Origin: a cyanobacterium endosymbiont of Rhopalodia gibba
Lineage (GTDB): Bacteria > Cyanobacteriota > Cyanobacteriia > Cyanobacteriales > Microcystaceae
Length of the DNA stretch: 64,000 nucleotides
NCBI GenBank assembly: GCA_045159875.1
Contig: CP067995.1
Coordinates: 1,088,001 to 1,152,000 of the forward strand
Direction of reading: 5' to 3'
The notes under the pieces were generated by a model. That model saw nothing but the letters and a program-made list of their open reading frames with translations, was not told the DNA's origin and did not search any database. Shown in pieces: positions 1-11,684 of this stretch. The translations under genes were made by a program, and so were the position numbers. The first letter of the stretch is position 1. Every line of letters begins with the position of its first letter.

Positions 1-1319
1 CAATTTTTTTTAATTTTATATAATTAATTTTAATAAAAAATAATAAAATATTCAAGTTTATTTTTGTTTATTTTTAATTATTTCTTGATAAAAATCTTTG
101 ATTACTCAATTGTTTACCTAAATTACTGGAAAAATAGACAGCCTAAAATAACTGATTTATTTACTACACTCAATATTCAAAAATAAAGTACAGTTTTATT
201 TTTCTTTGAATAAAGTTTAAATATGCCGACATGTCAGATTTTTACTACCACTTGAGGATCACAATATATTTTTTATTTAAAAATAGAGCTTCATATTTAG
301 TTAGTTAAAAATTTTTATGAATTAAATTAACTTTTTATTTTTATTATTTAGTAATAATTAATTTTGTATATGATCTTGTCTTATAAAGTATATATAATTC
401 TTTTAGTTAAGTTTTATATAAATAAGATTGTATTCTTTAGTTTTTTAGTAAGTTTATTTCATAAAATTATCATTTTTGATATAGTTTATTTGAATTTTTA
501 AAATTTAGTTAAATAATTAGGTTATACTCAACTAATGATGTTTTATTAACTAATAAAATGTTAAAATAAAAAGTTCAAGAATTAGAAATTAATAGATCTT
601 CTCTTGATTGACTTAAATTTAATTATCAATATCTTGCTTTTTTTAAAAAAATTATCCAGTTTTATTGCTTTTCATGCTTAATTTTAATTACATAAAAAAC
701 TACTATTTAAGTCTAAAAAAATTAGTTTTTTAAATTAGTATTTTAGAGTTATTGTATCTTTTATGTAGATTTTTTATAATGATCTAATTAAGTACTAACT
801 TATTTTCTTGAATTAGATATATTTTCTGCCACTTTAGATTGTAAAATTAATTGACTAACAAAATCATCATTAGTTTTTTAAGGTTAAAACTAATTTCTTA
901 TAAATCTTTTCTAAAACTATTAATTTTTTTAAACTTTATAAATAAAAAGATTACTTTTTATTCCTTTAAAGAATAAAGAAGTTAATTACTAAGAATTAAA
1001 CATAAAAGTCTAAATATGATTTAACTAAGTTAAAAATTAACATCAAATTTATACTGACTGATATTTCTATGAGTTTTGAACTTTATTTAAGCTTTTTATC
1101 CTAAAGCATTTCCTAATTTTTTTATATTAGTTGAGAGTTTATCTACTTTCTTAATAATTTCTAATGTTTTGATATAGTATCGTTCATTTATATTCAATTG
1201 TCTATGGTGTATATGTCACCTTAATATGAGAAGAATAATGGAGATAAAAATAAACCTAGGAAAAACCCCTAGGCTAATATGAAATTGTCCAATTTATAAG
1301 AATTTATTTTTGATAAACC

Positions 1320-2336
1320 TTAAACACTAAATAGACTTTTTAAAACACGTCTCGTATTAGCAAGTTTTATTGCATCTACAGCCGCAGTTGGTTCATAACC
1401 ACAATGTACCATACAATCAACACATTGAGGCTTACCACTTTTGTTACCATAATTATCCCAATTAGTTTCTTCTAACAGTTCTTTAAAGGTTTTATAATAA
1501 CCTTCGTTTAAAAGATAACATGGTTTTTGCCAACCAAGAACACTATAACTCGGACTTCCCCAGGGAGTGCATTCATAATCTTTCTCTCCTAATAGAAAAT
1601 CTAAAAATAGAGGATTGTGATTAAAATTCCATTTCTTTTTACCTGACTTCCAAGGACTAAGAATTTTTCGGAATAATGCCTTAGTTTGTTCTCGTTTTAA
1701 GAAATGATCTTGATCGGGAGCCCATTCATAACTATAACCTGGAGAAATCATCATTCCATCGATTTTTAAAGTTTCGATAAAATCAAAAAAATCTTGCATT
1801 TCTTGGGGATCTGAGCCTTTAAAAACCGTTGTATTTGTAGTAACTCTAAATCCTTTTACCTTCGCTGCTTTAATTCCGATAATCGCTTTATCAAAAACCC
1901 CTTGGCGATCAACACATTCATCATGTTTTTTTTGTAATCCATCAAGATGAACACTAAAAGTCAGATACGGAGACGGTTCGAACTTGTAAAGACTTTTCTC
2001 TAATAAGAGAGCATTAGTACATAAATAAACAAACTTTTTCCGTTGTACCAATCCTTTGACAATTTCATCAATTTGCGGATGTAATAAAGGTTCTCCTCCT
2101 GGAATAGATACTACCGGTACACCACATTCTTCTACCGCAGCAAAGCATTCTTCAGGAGTCAGGTTACGCTTAAGAATTTCTGGTGGATGTTGAATTTTAC
2201 CGCATCCTGAACAGGCTAGATTACAACGAAATAGGGGTTCTAACATCAATACTAAGGGAAAACGTTGATGACCAAATAAACGTTTACTGATTATATAAGT
2301 CCCCACCTTGAATGCTTGTCGTAATTGAATAGCCAT
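1320..2336 (-). CDS. hpnH: adenosyl-hopene transferase HpnH (radical SAM, hopanoid biosynthesis)
   Basis: [22 protein letters not shown] carries the CxxxCxxC motif; C-terminal [14 protein letters not shown] is typical of HpnH. Confidence 0.93.
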   Translation of the reverse strand: MAIQLRQAFKVGTYIISKRLFGHQRFPLVLMLEPLFRCNLACSGCGKIQHPPEILKRNLTPEECFAAVEECGVPVVSIPGGEPLLHPQIDEIVKGLVQRKKFVYLCTNALLLEKSLYKFEPSPYLTFSVHLDGLQKKHDECVDRQGVFDKAIIGIKAAKVKGFRVTTNTTVFKGSDPQEMQDFFDFIETLKIDGMMISPGYSYEWAPDQDHFLKREQTKALFRKILSPWKSGKKKWNFNHNPLFLDFLLGEKDYECTPWGSPSYSVLGWQKPCYLLNEGYYKTFKELLEETNWDNYGNKSGKPQCVDCMVHCGYEPTAAVDAIKLANTRRVLKSLFSV

Positions 2337-4137
2337 ATACTTTTTTGTACCTTTGAACTTCTAAATATTATAAACACAGTGGTTACGAATTGACAAATTG
2401 CGTAGAATATAAACTCTCTAGAATAGATAAAATAATCGCTATATATTGAATGGACTTAAAACTGCTTAATGAGAATAAATCACATCATAAGATATAAAAT
2501 GATTTAATTTGATTGAAAGAATAGAAAAATAATCAACTTCTCCTAAATAAGTAAATCCCAGGAATAATTACCTGAAACAATTAATGTCTTTTTTAGATAA
2601 TTATTGTAAAATAAGTTTTATCTGAAATAATATTTATCTAATTTAATTTTATTTGACTAATATTTTATTTATTTTTTTGGGGTAAAGTATTCCTATTTTA
2701 AAGAAAAATATAGTTAACTTTTTTGATAAAAATTATTAATTATAAATAGATTTTCTGGGAATAAACTACTTGTTTATTTGTCTGTAATAAGTAATTAGTG
2801 AAAAATAATTATTATATTTACTTTATTCTTTTATAATCAATATGTCTTTTTATTTATTTCTTTTACGATAATTTTAATTATACCTGTTTTCAATAATCCT
2901 CTTATTTTTACTGCATAAAATAACTTTTTATTCCTAGATTTTATGTGGAGCAATTTCTCTGTTTCTTATAGTTTAAACTTACTTTAAGGTTTTTTAGTCT
3001 TAACATTTGTTCTTATTCTAAGCAAAATAGTTATTTCTCTTAACTTGCTTCTTGTCAAAATAAAAAATATGATTATTTTTATTTTTCTCTATTACTAGCT
3101 CTTCTTTCAAAGAAATTTATAATTGTTAGAGGTTAGTTTGATTTTTTTGTTTTATGGAATTGAATAATTCTTAGATGTTATAAGTTATTTAACATTTTAG
3201 GAGGACTACTTGAGATGGCTCATATTTCTTCTTTCCTTAATTTTTGTTTATTTTTCGAAAAATATGATGGGGTTTCTATTTTCTTTGAAAAAAATTAAGA
3301 CATTATTTTATCAGTTTTTTTTATAAAAGCTTTACCTAATTTACATTTTTTTAAATTTATATTCTCTTGTATTTTAACACAAATTTTTACTTTTATTTTC
3401 TTGGCAAAAAAACTTTTATGTAAGTTAATATTTATTTATATATTTATAGTTATTACTTTTTTAAGTCTATTAGTCTATTTTTTTAGGTAAAGCAACATCC
3501 AATAATTACTATTGTTTAACAGTTAAGATAACTTCAGATATTTTTTTAAAAATTAACTGAATTTTTTACTTTTACTTTTATTTTCAATTAGAAAAAAATA
3601 GACCAATATAATTAAATTATTCTTTACCAAAAAGTCAACAACTTTGCTCAAATTTTATATCACCATTATAGCTGTACTATAAATACTTAAGGTTCTCCCT
3701 GCAAAATCAATATTTTGTGTAATTTTATTGTACCAATAAATTTGTGATTGATTCTTAGCTAAAAATAGTTCACACTCTCACAAAATAAGTCATTAAACAT
3801 CTCGAATCAATTATTACAGCCTGAGTATTGCGGTTTAGCGAAAATACTAGATATAAAAGTATGAATGAAACTTAACATTTTACTTTCTGGTAATGATTTC
3901 GATAGCTATATACTACTTTTACACATCTTTCATTAGTATTCAGTTGTCTGTTCTTTAATCTCGAAAATTGCAATATAAAACCGTAGTATACTAAAACTCA
4001 TTTATACGACAGACAACTCCTACATAAAAAAATAAGGAACTTTTATGATTTCTAGTTTGATATATGAGAGGATGGGCAAGGAAAACTGATCTTTAAGAAT
4101 TACGATCAATTCCTAATCCTAGAGTCTTGATATCCCC

Positions 4138-5916
4138 ATGCAACCGCGACCCCTATTTCGTCGAACCAAAATTGTCGCCACTGTCGGCCCAGCTACCCAG
4201 AATAAAGAGGTGCTACGACAGCTTATCTTAGCTGGTGCTACAACTTTTCGTCTTAATTTTTCCCACGGTGATCACGATTACCATCAACATACGATTCGTC
4301 TCATTCGTCAAACAGCCTTTGAACTTAATGAACCTGTGGGTATCCTACAGGATTTACAAGGGCCTAAAATTCGTCTTGGTAAATTTACCTGTGGATCTAT
4401 CAATCTAAAAAATGGTGATCCTTTTATTCTTACTAGTCGTAAAGTTGAATGTACTTCAGAAGTTAGCTACGTTAGCTATAAACATTTAACCGATGAAGTC
4501 CCTGATGGGGCGAAGATTCTCCTCGATGATGGCAAAGTAGAAATGCGAGTGGAGAAAATTGATCGTGCCAGTCAAGAATTACACTGTCGAGTGGTAGTTG
4601 GAGGTGTTCTCTCTAGTAATAAAGGAGTTAACTTTCCAGGGGTTTACCTGTCGGTTAAAGCGTTAACTGCTAAAGACAAAACCGATTTGATGTTTGGACT
4701 CGACCAGGGAGTCGATTGGGTTGCTCTCAGTTTTGTTCGTAATCCCCAAGATATCTTAGAAATTAAGGACTTAATTGCTAATGCGGGAAAAGCAGTTCCA
4801 GTAATCGCCAAGATCGAGAAACATGAGGCGATCAAAGCGATGGAAGAAATTCTTAGTCTCTGTAATGGAGTAATGGTTGCTAGAGGAGATTTAGGAGTGG
4901 AATTACCCGCCGAAGATGTACCAATTCTTCAAAAACGCCTGATTCTCACGGCTAATAAATTGGGAATTCCGGTAATTACGGCCACCCAAATGTTAGATAG
5001 TATGGCCAATAATCCCCGTCCTACTCGCGCTGAAGTCTCAGATGTGGCTAATGCTATTCTCGATGGAACTGATGCGGTGATGCTTTCCAATGAAACGGCA
5101 GTAGGTAAATATCCCGTCGAAGCAGTAGCTACTATGGCTACTATTGCCGAACGTATGGAACAAGAACCTGTCTTGATTAAATCTTCTTATAATCCCAAAC
5201 AATCGATAACTAATGCTATTTCTTCGGCGGTTAGTCAAATTGCCCAAGAATTAGACGCGGCGGCGATTATGACCTTGACAAAAACGGGATCAACAGCACG
5301 AAATGTTTCTAAATTTCGTCCTCCCAAACCAATTTTAGCTATTACTGCTCATGTAGATGTAGCTCGACAGTTACAGTTAGTTTGGGGGGTTAAATCTCTT
5401 TTAGTTCTCGATTTCCCTTCACCGAGTCAAACATTTCAATCCGCTATTAATATTGCTCAGGAAAATCAGTTAGTCCAAGATGGAGATTTAGTGATAATGA
5501 CAGCTGGAACCCTTCAAGGGGTTTCCGGATCAACGGATTTAATTAAAGTAGAAATGGTAAAGGCTATTTTAGGAAAGGGTGTAGGAATTGGCCAAGCTTC
5601 TGCTAGTGGACGAGCGAGAATTGCCCAGAATCCTCGTGAATTGGGAGATTTTAAAGCTGGAGATATTCTGGTGGTTCCCCGAACCAATGCCGACTTTGTG
5701 GAGATGATGCGAAAAGCTTCAGGCATTATTACCGAAGAATCCAGTCTTACCAGTCATGCGGCAGTTATCGGAATTCGGTTAGGAGTTCCTGTCATTGTTG
5801 CTATGAAAGATGCTACCCAAATTATTCGTGAAGGGGCAATCATAACTTTAGATGCTGAAAAAGGCCATGTTTATTCTGGAGCTGTAGCTAGGGGCAATGG
5901 GAACGAATTATTTTAA
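4138..5916 (+). CDS. pyk: pyruvate kinase with C-terminal PEP-utiliser (swivelling) domain
   Basis: RRTKIVATVGP, DLQGPKIR, MVARGDLGVE, ATQMLDSM; C-terminal SLTSHAAVIG. Confidence 0.98.
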   Translation: MQPRPLFRRTKIVATVGPATQNKEVLRQLILAGATTFRLNFSHGDHDYHQHTIRLIRQTAFELNEPVGILQDLQGPKIRLGKFTCGSINLKNGDPFILTSRKVECTSEVSYVSYKHLTDEVPDGAKILLDDGKVEMRVEKIDRASQELHCRVVVGGVLSSNKGVNFPGVYLSVKALTAKDKTDLMFGLDQGVDWVALSFVRNPQDILEIKDLIANAGKAVPVIAKIEKHEAIKAMEEILSLCNGVMVARGDLGVELPAEDVPILQKRLILTANKLGIPVITATQMLDSMANNPRPTRAEVSDVANAILDGTDAVMLSNETAVGKYPVEAVATMATIAERMEQEPVLIKSSYNPKQSITNAISSAVSQIAQELDAAAIMTLTKTGSTARNVSKFRPPKPILAITAHVDVARQLQLVWGVKSLLVLDFPSPSQTFQSAINIAQENQLVQDGDLVIMTAGTLQGVSGSTDLIKVEMVKAILGKGVGIGQASASGRARIAQNPRELGDFKAGDILVVPRTNADFVEMMRKASGIITEESSLTSHAAVIGIRLGVPVIVAMKDATQIIREGAIITLDAEKGHVYSGAVARGNGNELF

Positions 5917-6008
5917 GTGGTTAATCGTTTTTGCTTAACTTTATTTAACTTTTTCTATTAGTTAGAATCATAAATCGTGTTCTTATTCCAAAGAGAGCTT
6001 AATGCCTA

Positions 6009-6392
6009 ATGACTCAAATGCTAAAAAAAGTTAGTTCCATCGATAACGAACTGTCAAAACGTTTTATTGCTCTTGATCCTGGGGGCTACTTTATTATTTA
6101 TCTTGAGTGCGAAGATAAATTGATTTGTGCTGAACATTTTACTAATATCATTAATGAACAAGGGTTGGCTACTGCTCCTGAAACCGGTGAAATAATTGCT
6201 TGTCAAGGAGAAGTTGAACGCATTTTTGAGACCGTGTATAGGGGGAGAACAGCTAAAGAACTGTGTGTCAAAATCTTTGAAGAAATTAAACCCTGTCCAG
6301 TCACTATGTTAGACCATGCAGCTTATTTAGGGCGCGAATTTATTCGTGCTGAAATTGCCTTAATTAATGGGACGGAGTATATACAAGATTAA
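6009..6392 (+). CDS. DUF4346-family conserved protein
   Basis: LDPGGYFIIY ... GRTAKEL ... LDHAAYLGREF ... YIQD pattern. Confidence 0.75.
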   Translation: MTQMLKKVSSIDNELSKRFIALDPGGYFIIYLECEDKLICAEHFTNIINEQGLATAPETGEIIACQGEVERIFETVYRGRTAKELCVKIFEEIKPCPVTMLDHAAYLGREFIRAEIALINGTEYIQD

Positions 6393-6973
6393 TATTTAAT
6401 GACGAGATGCTAAAGTAAACAACCTCACTAGAGGATAAAAAAATTTAATTAAGTTGCCGAATAGTGAAGTTCAATTTTTAGTTGAGAATTCTAACCCCTA
6501 ACTGCGGCTGCTGTGAATGCATTATTCTAGATTTTATTACAATCTATCCAAGCTTATATTAGTGTTCGGTTTGTTTATTTTATGATTTTCTAATAGACCA
6601 TATTTAAAAAATCTTGTTTTTTAGTCAATGGATAAAGTACTGAGAATATTAGTCTGGAACCTTGATTGCTTTAACTAAACAAGAGTTGTTGAAGCTTTAA
6701 TGTTAATTATTTGAGCTTAATTGAAGATGATTTTGTATTAAACTTAAATAGTTGTCGGTTTGCACTAAGTCTTGTAAACTTAGGTCTTACATAATGCAAG
6801 TCTAATAAAATTGAAAAACATAGTTATTATTTTTAAGTATTTAAGAATAATAACTATGACAAAGTCAACAATCACTAAAAATATTGACCGTTATGCGTAG
6901 TATCAGACTGAGACAAATACTACCTCTGGCATAAGACTGCCGTTTTCCTTTCTCTCCATAACTTTAACTTTTG

Positions 6974-6987
6974 GTCGAACTCACGTT
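6974..6987 (+). mobile_element. isolated IS982-like terminal sequence
   Basis: GTCGAACTCACGTT is the exact reverse complement of 39815-39828, which flanks an IS982 transposase remnant. Confidence 0.45.
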
Positions 6988-7130
6988 TAAGATAATTTGT
7001 AGAAACTTAGCAATATCAGGAATCTCAACCCTAAATTTCGCCTACTTGAAGAAATGTTAGTTGAGTATTGACTTAATCAAACTTCGAGCTAAAAAAGTTC
7101 CTGAGCTCCACTTTTTAAATTTAAAGTATC

Positions 7131-7164
7131 AAAAAGCCCTGCTGTAATCAGCAGGGCTTTTTTT
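7131..7164. terminator. intrinsic (bidirectional) terminator downstream of the porin gene
   Basis: AAAAAGCCCTGCTG-taat-CAGCAGGGCTTTTT, a GC stem with A/T runs on both sides. Confidence 0.85.
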
Positions 7165-7178
7165 AATTCACACTAGAT

Positions 7179-9176
7179 CTAGAAGGAAAAGGTACCTCGA
7201 AGGGTTCCAATGACCTCACCGTCAGACCCTTGCATATTCACAAATTGCTCGGGCTTGGAGATCCAAACCACACCAGGAGTCAGAGAAATGTTGTCTGAAA
7301 CTTGATAGCGATAGAATACTTCAACTGTTATAGGATTTTGCAGAGGTAATTCGTAATACCCAGCAGTGGTGGGACGATCACTATCACCCTGATAAGGTTG
7401 AACCCCAGCAAACACACCTAATAAGTTACCCTCTTTGAACAAATCGGGGAAGGCGAAGCCACCGCCACCAGTCCAAAGTTCACCACTCATACCACGACCA
7501 AGATAGCGAACGTTGTGGAATGAACCAAACGCACTGAAGTTAACCCAGTCATAAGGCCGCCAAGTCCCAGCAACACCGTAACTGTTAGTAACTTTACCGC
7601 CCCAGTCAAAAGGATTAACTTCTAACCCATCTAGAGAGTTACGTCCGCTTCCATTAAAGGAGGTAGTGCTAGTTCCCGGATCTCCTACGCTTCCACCAGC
7701 AAAAGCATTATTTAGAGTAGAACGAGAACCGTTAGCAATGGAAGTACCAACAATTCCAGGCCCCTCGTTAATACCTTCACCGAAGATGGGGCTGTCGGGT
7801 TTGTGGTAAGCGTGAACATAGGTAAAACCAATGTTCACACTGTCAAAAATATTGGTATTAATCTGAGCTAAAGCACCGTAGTTACCATTGAACAAACCGT
7901 TACCACCGTCACTTTCAGCGTAGGGTTTGCCGGTTGCAGGGTTAGTACTGTTGCCACTGTTACATTTGCCTCCACCATCACCATTCACACAAGGACTGTT
8001 AGGGGTTCCGGCTAAATAACCGAAGCTGATAGACGTGGGACCGAGAACGTTATTTAACCAGTCAAGCTGAACACTCGCACCAGCACCAGCACCACCCCCA
8101 ATCCGGTAAATGGGGTTACGTTGAGAAAAGGTACTTAAAGAACCTTTTCCACCGTCAAAATCCTCGAAGAAGGGGTTTAAAGTGGGCACGAAGTCATACC
8201 ACTTACCACCCCAAGCAGATACGTAGGTATCAACCTTAAAGTTATTGAAGATTTTGACTGGAGCGTAGTAACCAACCCAGTCAATAACAACGTCATTGTC
8301 TTCTTCATTTCGCCGTGGCCCAATGTTAAAGGTTTGGGTGGCAGTAGGGTTTATCACAGTATTCTCCTCAAGAGAAACTCCGATAGGTTGACCTGTATCT
8401 GGGTTAATTACTCGTAGATCAGGCTGGTTCATAGTAAAACGATTACTTCCAGTCCCCGTACTAGCAGATAAACGAGTTACTAAAAGGTCTTCTCCACTAA
8501 AACTGCTGTTGAAGCTTAAACGAATTCTATCTTGCAGAACAGCTTGGTTATCTTCAGACGAACGGCTACCACCTGCTCCAGTAACAGCGAAGATGACTTC
8601 ACCAACTAATTTTGTAGTAGTGGAGAATTGATGATCTTCTAAGAAAGCTACTCGTCCTTCTAAGTTATCGACCCGTGCGCCCAAAGCAGCAAGTTCTGCT
8701 TCAAATTCCTGCATTAACCGCTTGAGTTTCTCGATATCTTCCCGTAGAACCGCGACGTTCTCTTGAATTAGACGCTCCATGGTGTTTAGACAAGCGTTCA
8801 AACCCGCGGCAAACTCCCAACGAGAAGTAGCACGGTTACCCCGGAAGGTACGGTCGGGATAACCAACAATACAACCATAACGTTCAACTAAACTACGAAG
8901 AGCTTCATAAGCCCAGTCAGTAGGAGACACATCCCGCAGTTCGCTAACGCTGGTTACTTGTTGATTCGTTTCCAGTCCATCTTCGTCGCTATAGGTTTCT
9001 AACTGTTCAACTAACTGAGATTGTTCAAGTTGAGCAACTTCAGAAACTATCGCCTCGTTCCCGGAAACTCCAGCCTGCGACTTGGTTTCGGCTGCCGTTG
9101 CAGCGGGTGAGACGGCTAAAGCCATTCCCAACAGGGCTGGACTAAATAACAATGATTTCCAAAATGGTCTAAGCAT
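7179..9176 (-). CDS. cyanobacterial outer-membrane porin with SLH domain (SomA/OprB, 'iron uptake porin' family)
   Basis: signal peptide; QVTSVSELRDVSPTDWAYEALRSLVERYGCIVGYPD SLH domain; FSTTTKL; C-terminal GTLRGTFSF beta-signal. Confidence 0.95.
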   Translation of the reverse strand: MLRPFWKSLLFSPALLGMALAVSPAATAAETKSQAGVSGNEAIVSEVAQLEQSQLVEQLETYSDEDGLETNQQVTSVSELRDVSPTDWAYEALRSLVERYGCIVGYPDRTFRGNRATSRWEFAAGLNACLNTMERLIQENVAVLREDIEKLKRLMQEFEAELAALGARVDNLEGRVAFLEDHQFSTTTKLVGEVIFAVTGAGGSRSSEDNQAVLQDRIRLSFNSSFSGEDLLVTRLSASTGTGSNRFTMNQPDLRVINPDTGQPIGVSLEENTVINPTATQTFNIGPRRNEEDNDVVIDWVGYYAPVKIFNNFKVDTYVSAWGGKWYDFVPTLNPFFEDFDGGKGSLSTFSQRNPIYRIGGGAGAGASVQLDWLNNVLGPTSISFGYLAGTPNSPCVNGDGGGKCNSGNSTNPATGKPYAESDGGNGLFNGNYGALAQINTNIFDSVNIGFTYVHAYHKPDSPIFGEGINEGPGIVGTSIANGSRSTLNNAFAGGSVGDPGTSTTSFNGSGRNSLDGLEVNPFDWGGKVTNSYGVAGTWRPYDWVNFSAFGSFHNVRYLGRGMSGELWTGGGGFAFPDLFKEGNLLGVFAGVQPYQGDSDRPTTAGYYELPLQNPITVEVFYRYQVSDNISLTPGVVWISKPEQFVNMQGSDGEVIGTLRGTFSF

Positions 9177-9367
9177 TTTCAGCTTTTCCTCACACCTTAT
9201 AGATTGACTACAAAAAGTCTCATAGTCTTACTTCTCATCTCATTATACACAGCTTTTTTGGATAACAATATAAATAAGTTTATCTTTTGTTTAAGCTATC
9301 TTAAGATTATTTTTTTTTATATTAAAAGCTTTTAAATAATCTTGACTACCTTTACCAAGAAAGTTAA

Positions 9368-9413
9368 AACCCCAGCTAATTTTTCTCATTTGGGAGTAAA
9401 ACTAGCTGGGGTT
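9368..9413 (-). terminator. hairpin terminator downstream of the sORF/structured RNA
   Basis: AACCCCAGCTA...TAGCTGGGGTT stem followed by a T-rich tract on the minus strand. Confidence 0.65.
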
Positions 9414-9419
9414 ATTGGG

Positions 9420-9600
9420 GTTATTCTCAGAAAATGATCTTCTGCTTGAAACCTAACTGCCGGAAGGAAAACTAACAACAGTTACATTACTGTGAAACTG
9501 ACTAATAAAAAACAGCTCCGGCGCACAGCTGGTTGAGTTCAATCAGAAGACCCACACTTTTACTACTATTTGTCATGGGCATCACCTCCTTTGCTGCCTA
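9420..9600 (-). ncRNA. candidate structured small RNA overlapping a sORF
   Basis: long irregular stem on the minus strand: GGUCUUCUG/CAGAAGAUC, UUGAA/UUCAA, AGCUG/CAGUU, CCGGA/UCCGG; GC-richer than its flanks. Confidence 0.5.
9502..9576 (-). CDS. 24-aa small ORF MTNSSKSVGLLIELNQLCAGAVFY
   Basis: perfect SD AAAGGAGGTG, with GGAGG 8 nt before the ATG; TAG at 9504-9502; below the ORF-track cutoff. Confidence 0.45.
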   Translation of the reverse strand: MTNSSKSVGLLIELNQLCAGAVFY

Positions 9601-9628
9601 AATGGTTTATCTCAAAATCTAACTGTAC

Positions 9629-11065
9629 CTAGGCTAGCTTATTTGACCTCAAAAAATCAAGACAGTGACCTAAAAATTTTCTGAGAAAATCAGAATATTC
9701 ACCAAAATGAAGATGAATATAGGAAGCATGAAGTTTATGCGTTTTCCATCCTTCTTTCACCTTATGCGAGTTATATCTCCAGTTTTGTACAGAAAATAGG
9801 GGAGTTTTAGATACACAAGTTAAGTGTGAGCGGTGAAATTCGTGTCCCCAAATTGTTTGTCCGATGGTTAACAAAGGACTATTTTGGAGAGCAGTGGCTT
9901 GACGATAACCCAAGATTAGATTTTTTTTCATTATGGCCGTGGTTGGTAGTATTCCCACCATTGGCCATTTTTGATCTTGAAAATCAATGATTTGCTGACA
10001 AAGATACATTAACCCCCCACATTCAGCATAGGTAGGAATTTCACTGAAAATCGCGGATTTTACCGCTTCTCGTCCCCGACAATTTCTTGAGAGATCTTGA
10101 GCAAACATTTCGGGAAACCCTCCTCCGAAATAGAGACCATGAATATCCTGAGGTAAGTTTTCATCCTTTAGAGGACTCCAGGGAATAAGCTGTGCACCCA
10201 AGGTTTGGAAGATATCTAGATTGTCTTGATAGTAAAAATTGAAAGCGTTATCGCTAGCTACAGCAATTTTTATGGGAGAGGAATGAATCAAAGGATGAAG
10301 GGGTGAGGGGGTAAAGAAATCGAGAGGTGAAGGGGTGAGTAATGGTAAAAGATACTGCCAATTAAAAGCGGTTTGGGCCAAGTGGGCCAGTTGTCGAAAT
10401 AAAGACTCTAATTGAGTCAGTTCAGTGGTGGGGATTAAACCGAGGTGTCGAGCAGGAATTGTTAGAGAGTCTTGACGGCGTAAAGTTCCTAGAATGGGAA
10501 TATTAAGAGTATCTAGAGACTCTTGGAGTAAGTAAAGGTGGCGATTGCTACCGACCCTATTTAAAATGACTCCTACTAGATCAATATGAGGATCAAGAGA
10601 ACTATAACCGTGAGTGATAGCGGCTACTGACCCCGATAAATGAGAACAATCAATCACAAGAACCACAGGAATGTTTAAAAGTCGAGCAATATGAGCTGTA
10701 CTTCCATAATCTAGCGATCTTATTTCCTCAGACGTTTTTATCATTTCTCCCTTAAGTCTTGTGCCATCTTCCTTTTTACTGGGAATACCGTCAAATAACC
10801 CCATTAACCCTTCTACTAAAGCATATTCAACCTCTTGGCAGTGTTTAGCAAAACATAATTGAACATAAGCTTCGGAGGTTAGAATGGGGTCTAAATTACG
10901 ACAGGGCCGGCCAGTAATAGCAGTATGAAACATGGGGTCAATATAATCAGGCCCTACTTTAAACGATTGTACTCGGTGCTTTTGGGATGCTAAGAAAGCA
11001 AGTAGTGCTAGGGTGACTGTTGTTTTCCCTACGCCACTGCGATCGCCTGCAATCATTAATGCCAT
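9629..11065 (-). CDS. cobB: cobyrinate a,c-diamide synthase
   Basis: SGVGKTT, FKVGPDYIDP, VEGLMGLFDG, GGGFPE, YAECGGLMYL, GHEFH. Confidence 0.96.
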   Translation of the reverse strand: MALMIAGDRSGVGKTTVTLALLAFLASQKHRVQSFKVGPDYIDPMFHTAITGRPCRNLDPILTSEAYVQLCFAKHCQEVEYALVEGLMGLFDGIPSKKEDGTRLKGEMIKTSEEIRSLDYGSTAHIARLLNIPVVLVIDCSHLSGSVAAITHGYSSLDPHIDLVGVILNRVGSNRHLYLLQESLDTLNIPILGTLRRQDSLTIPARHLGLIPTTELTQLESLFRQLAHLAQTAFNWQYLLPLLTPSPLDFFTPSPLHPLIHSSPIKIAVASDNAFNFYYQDNLDIFQTLGAQLIPWSPLKDENLPQDIHGLYFGGGFPEMFAQDLSRNCRGREAVKSAIFSEIPTYAECGGLMYLCQQIIDFQDQKWPMVGILPTTAIMKKNLILGYRQATALQNSPLLTIGQTIWGHEFHRSHLTCVSKTPLFSVQNWRYNSHKVKEGWKTHKLHASYIHLHFGEYSDFLRKFLGHCLDFLRSNKLA

Positions 11066-11684
11066 TTTTTCATCTACCTAAAATATTTTGTATTTTCATA
11101 TTTATTTCTTTTACACAAAGGGCTTAACTATTTCGGCACAATTGTCGAAATTTAGCATACGTACACATAAATAAGTAAAAATCTGCTATATTACAAGGTG
11201 TTAACTTTATTTCTTCCATTAAAATACCACTTCTAAGAACTTGCTTTAGATAAATCGTCTAAAATGCGCTTTCGCAACATCGACCGATGTTATCTTTTTT
11301 TATTCTAAAAATGGAATATTTTAAGTATAAGTAAAACCAATATATTTTAATTTTCGAAGGATTAATTTATTAGATATTTTTAGGTGCAACCAGCTTTATT
11401 GATCAGATTTAAGCCTTTATTTCTTCAGAGCAAATGTTAATTATTTAGGTTGCAAAAATTCACTTTTAAAGTGATAGATTATCTAGAGTTCTTTTAGGAT
11501 TTAAAGGAGTTAGAAGTTGTATCTTGACAAATTACATCAAATATGTAGCGTCTGGAATAAGTAGAGTGTCCACTGCATATAATCAAACTAACTCAAAGTT
11601 GCTTAGTTAATAAATAACCAAACTTATTAAAAAATAAGGGACTAAATTCTAGTTTAAATGCTCTAAAATAAAATTACAATTAGC

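Noticed and set aside
1..1300. AT-rich desert as a replication origin
   Set aside because: No DnaA-box cluster seen, and similar deserts recur throughout the window
4644..5726. Antisense ORFs inside pyk (similarly 12530, 16736, 20812, 24023-24435, 29799, 31533, 32221, 46316, 46469, 56070, 56388)
   Set aside because: Shadow or alternate-frame ORFs over well-supported genes, with no recognisable motifs
9450..9480. CCGGAAGGAA resembling the SRP (ffs) RNA loop
   Set aside because: Lacks the flanking CAGG and GCAGC of the SRP domain IV motif; pairing is better explained by the minus-strand stem
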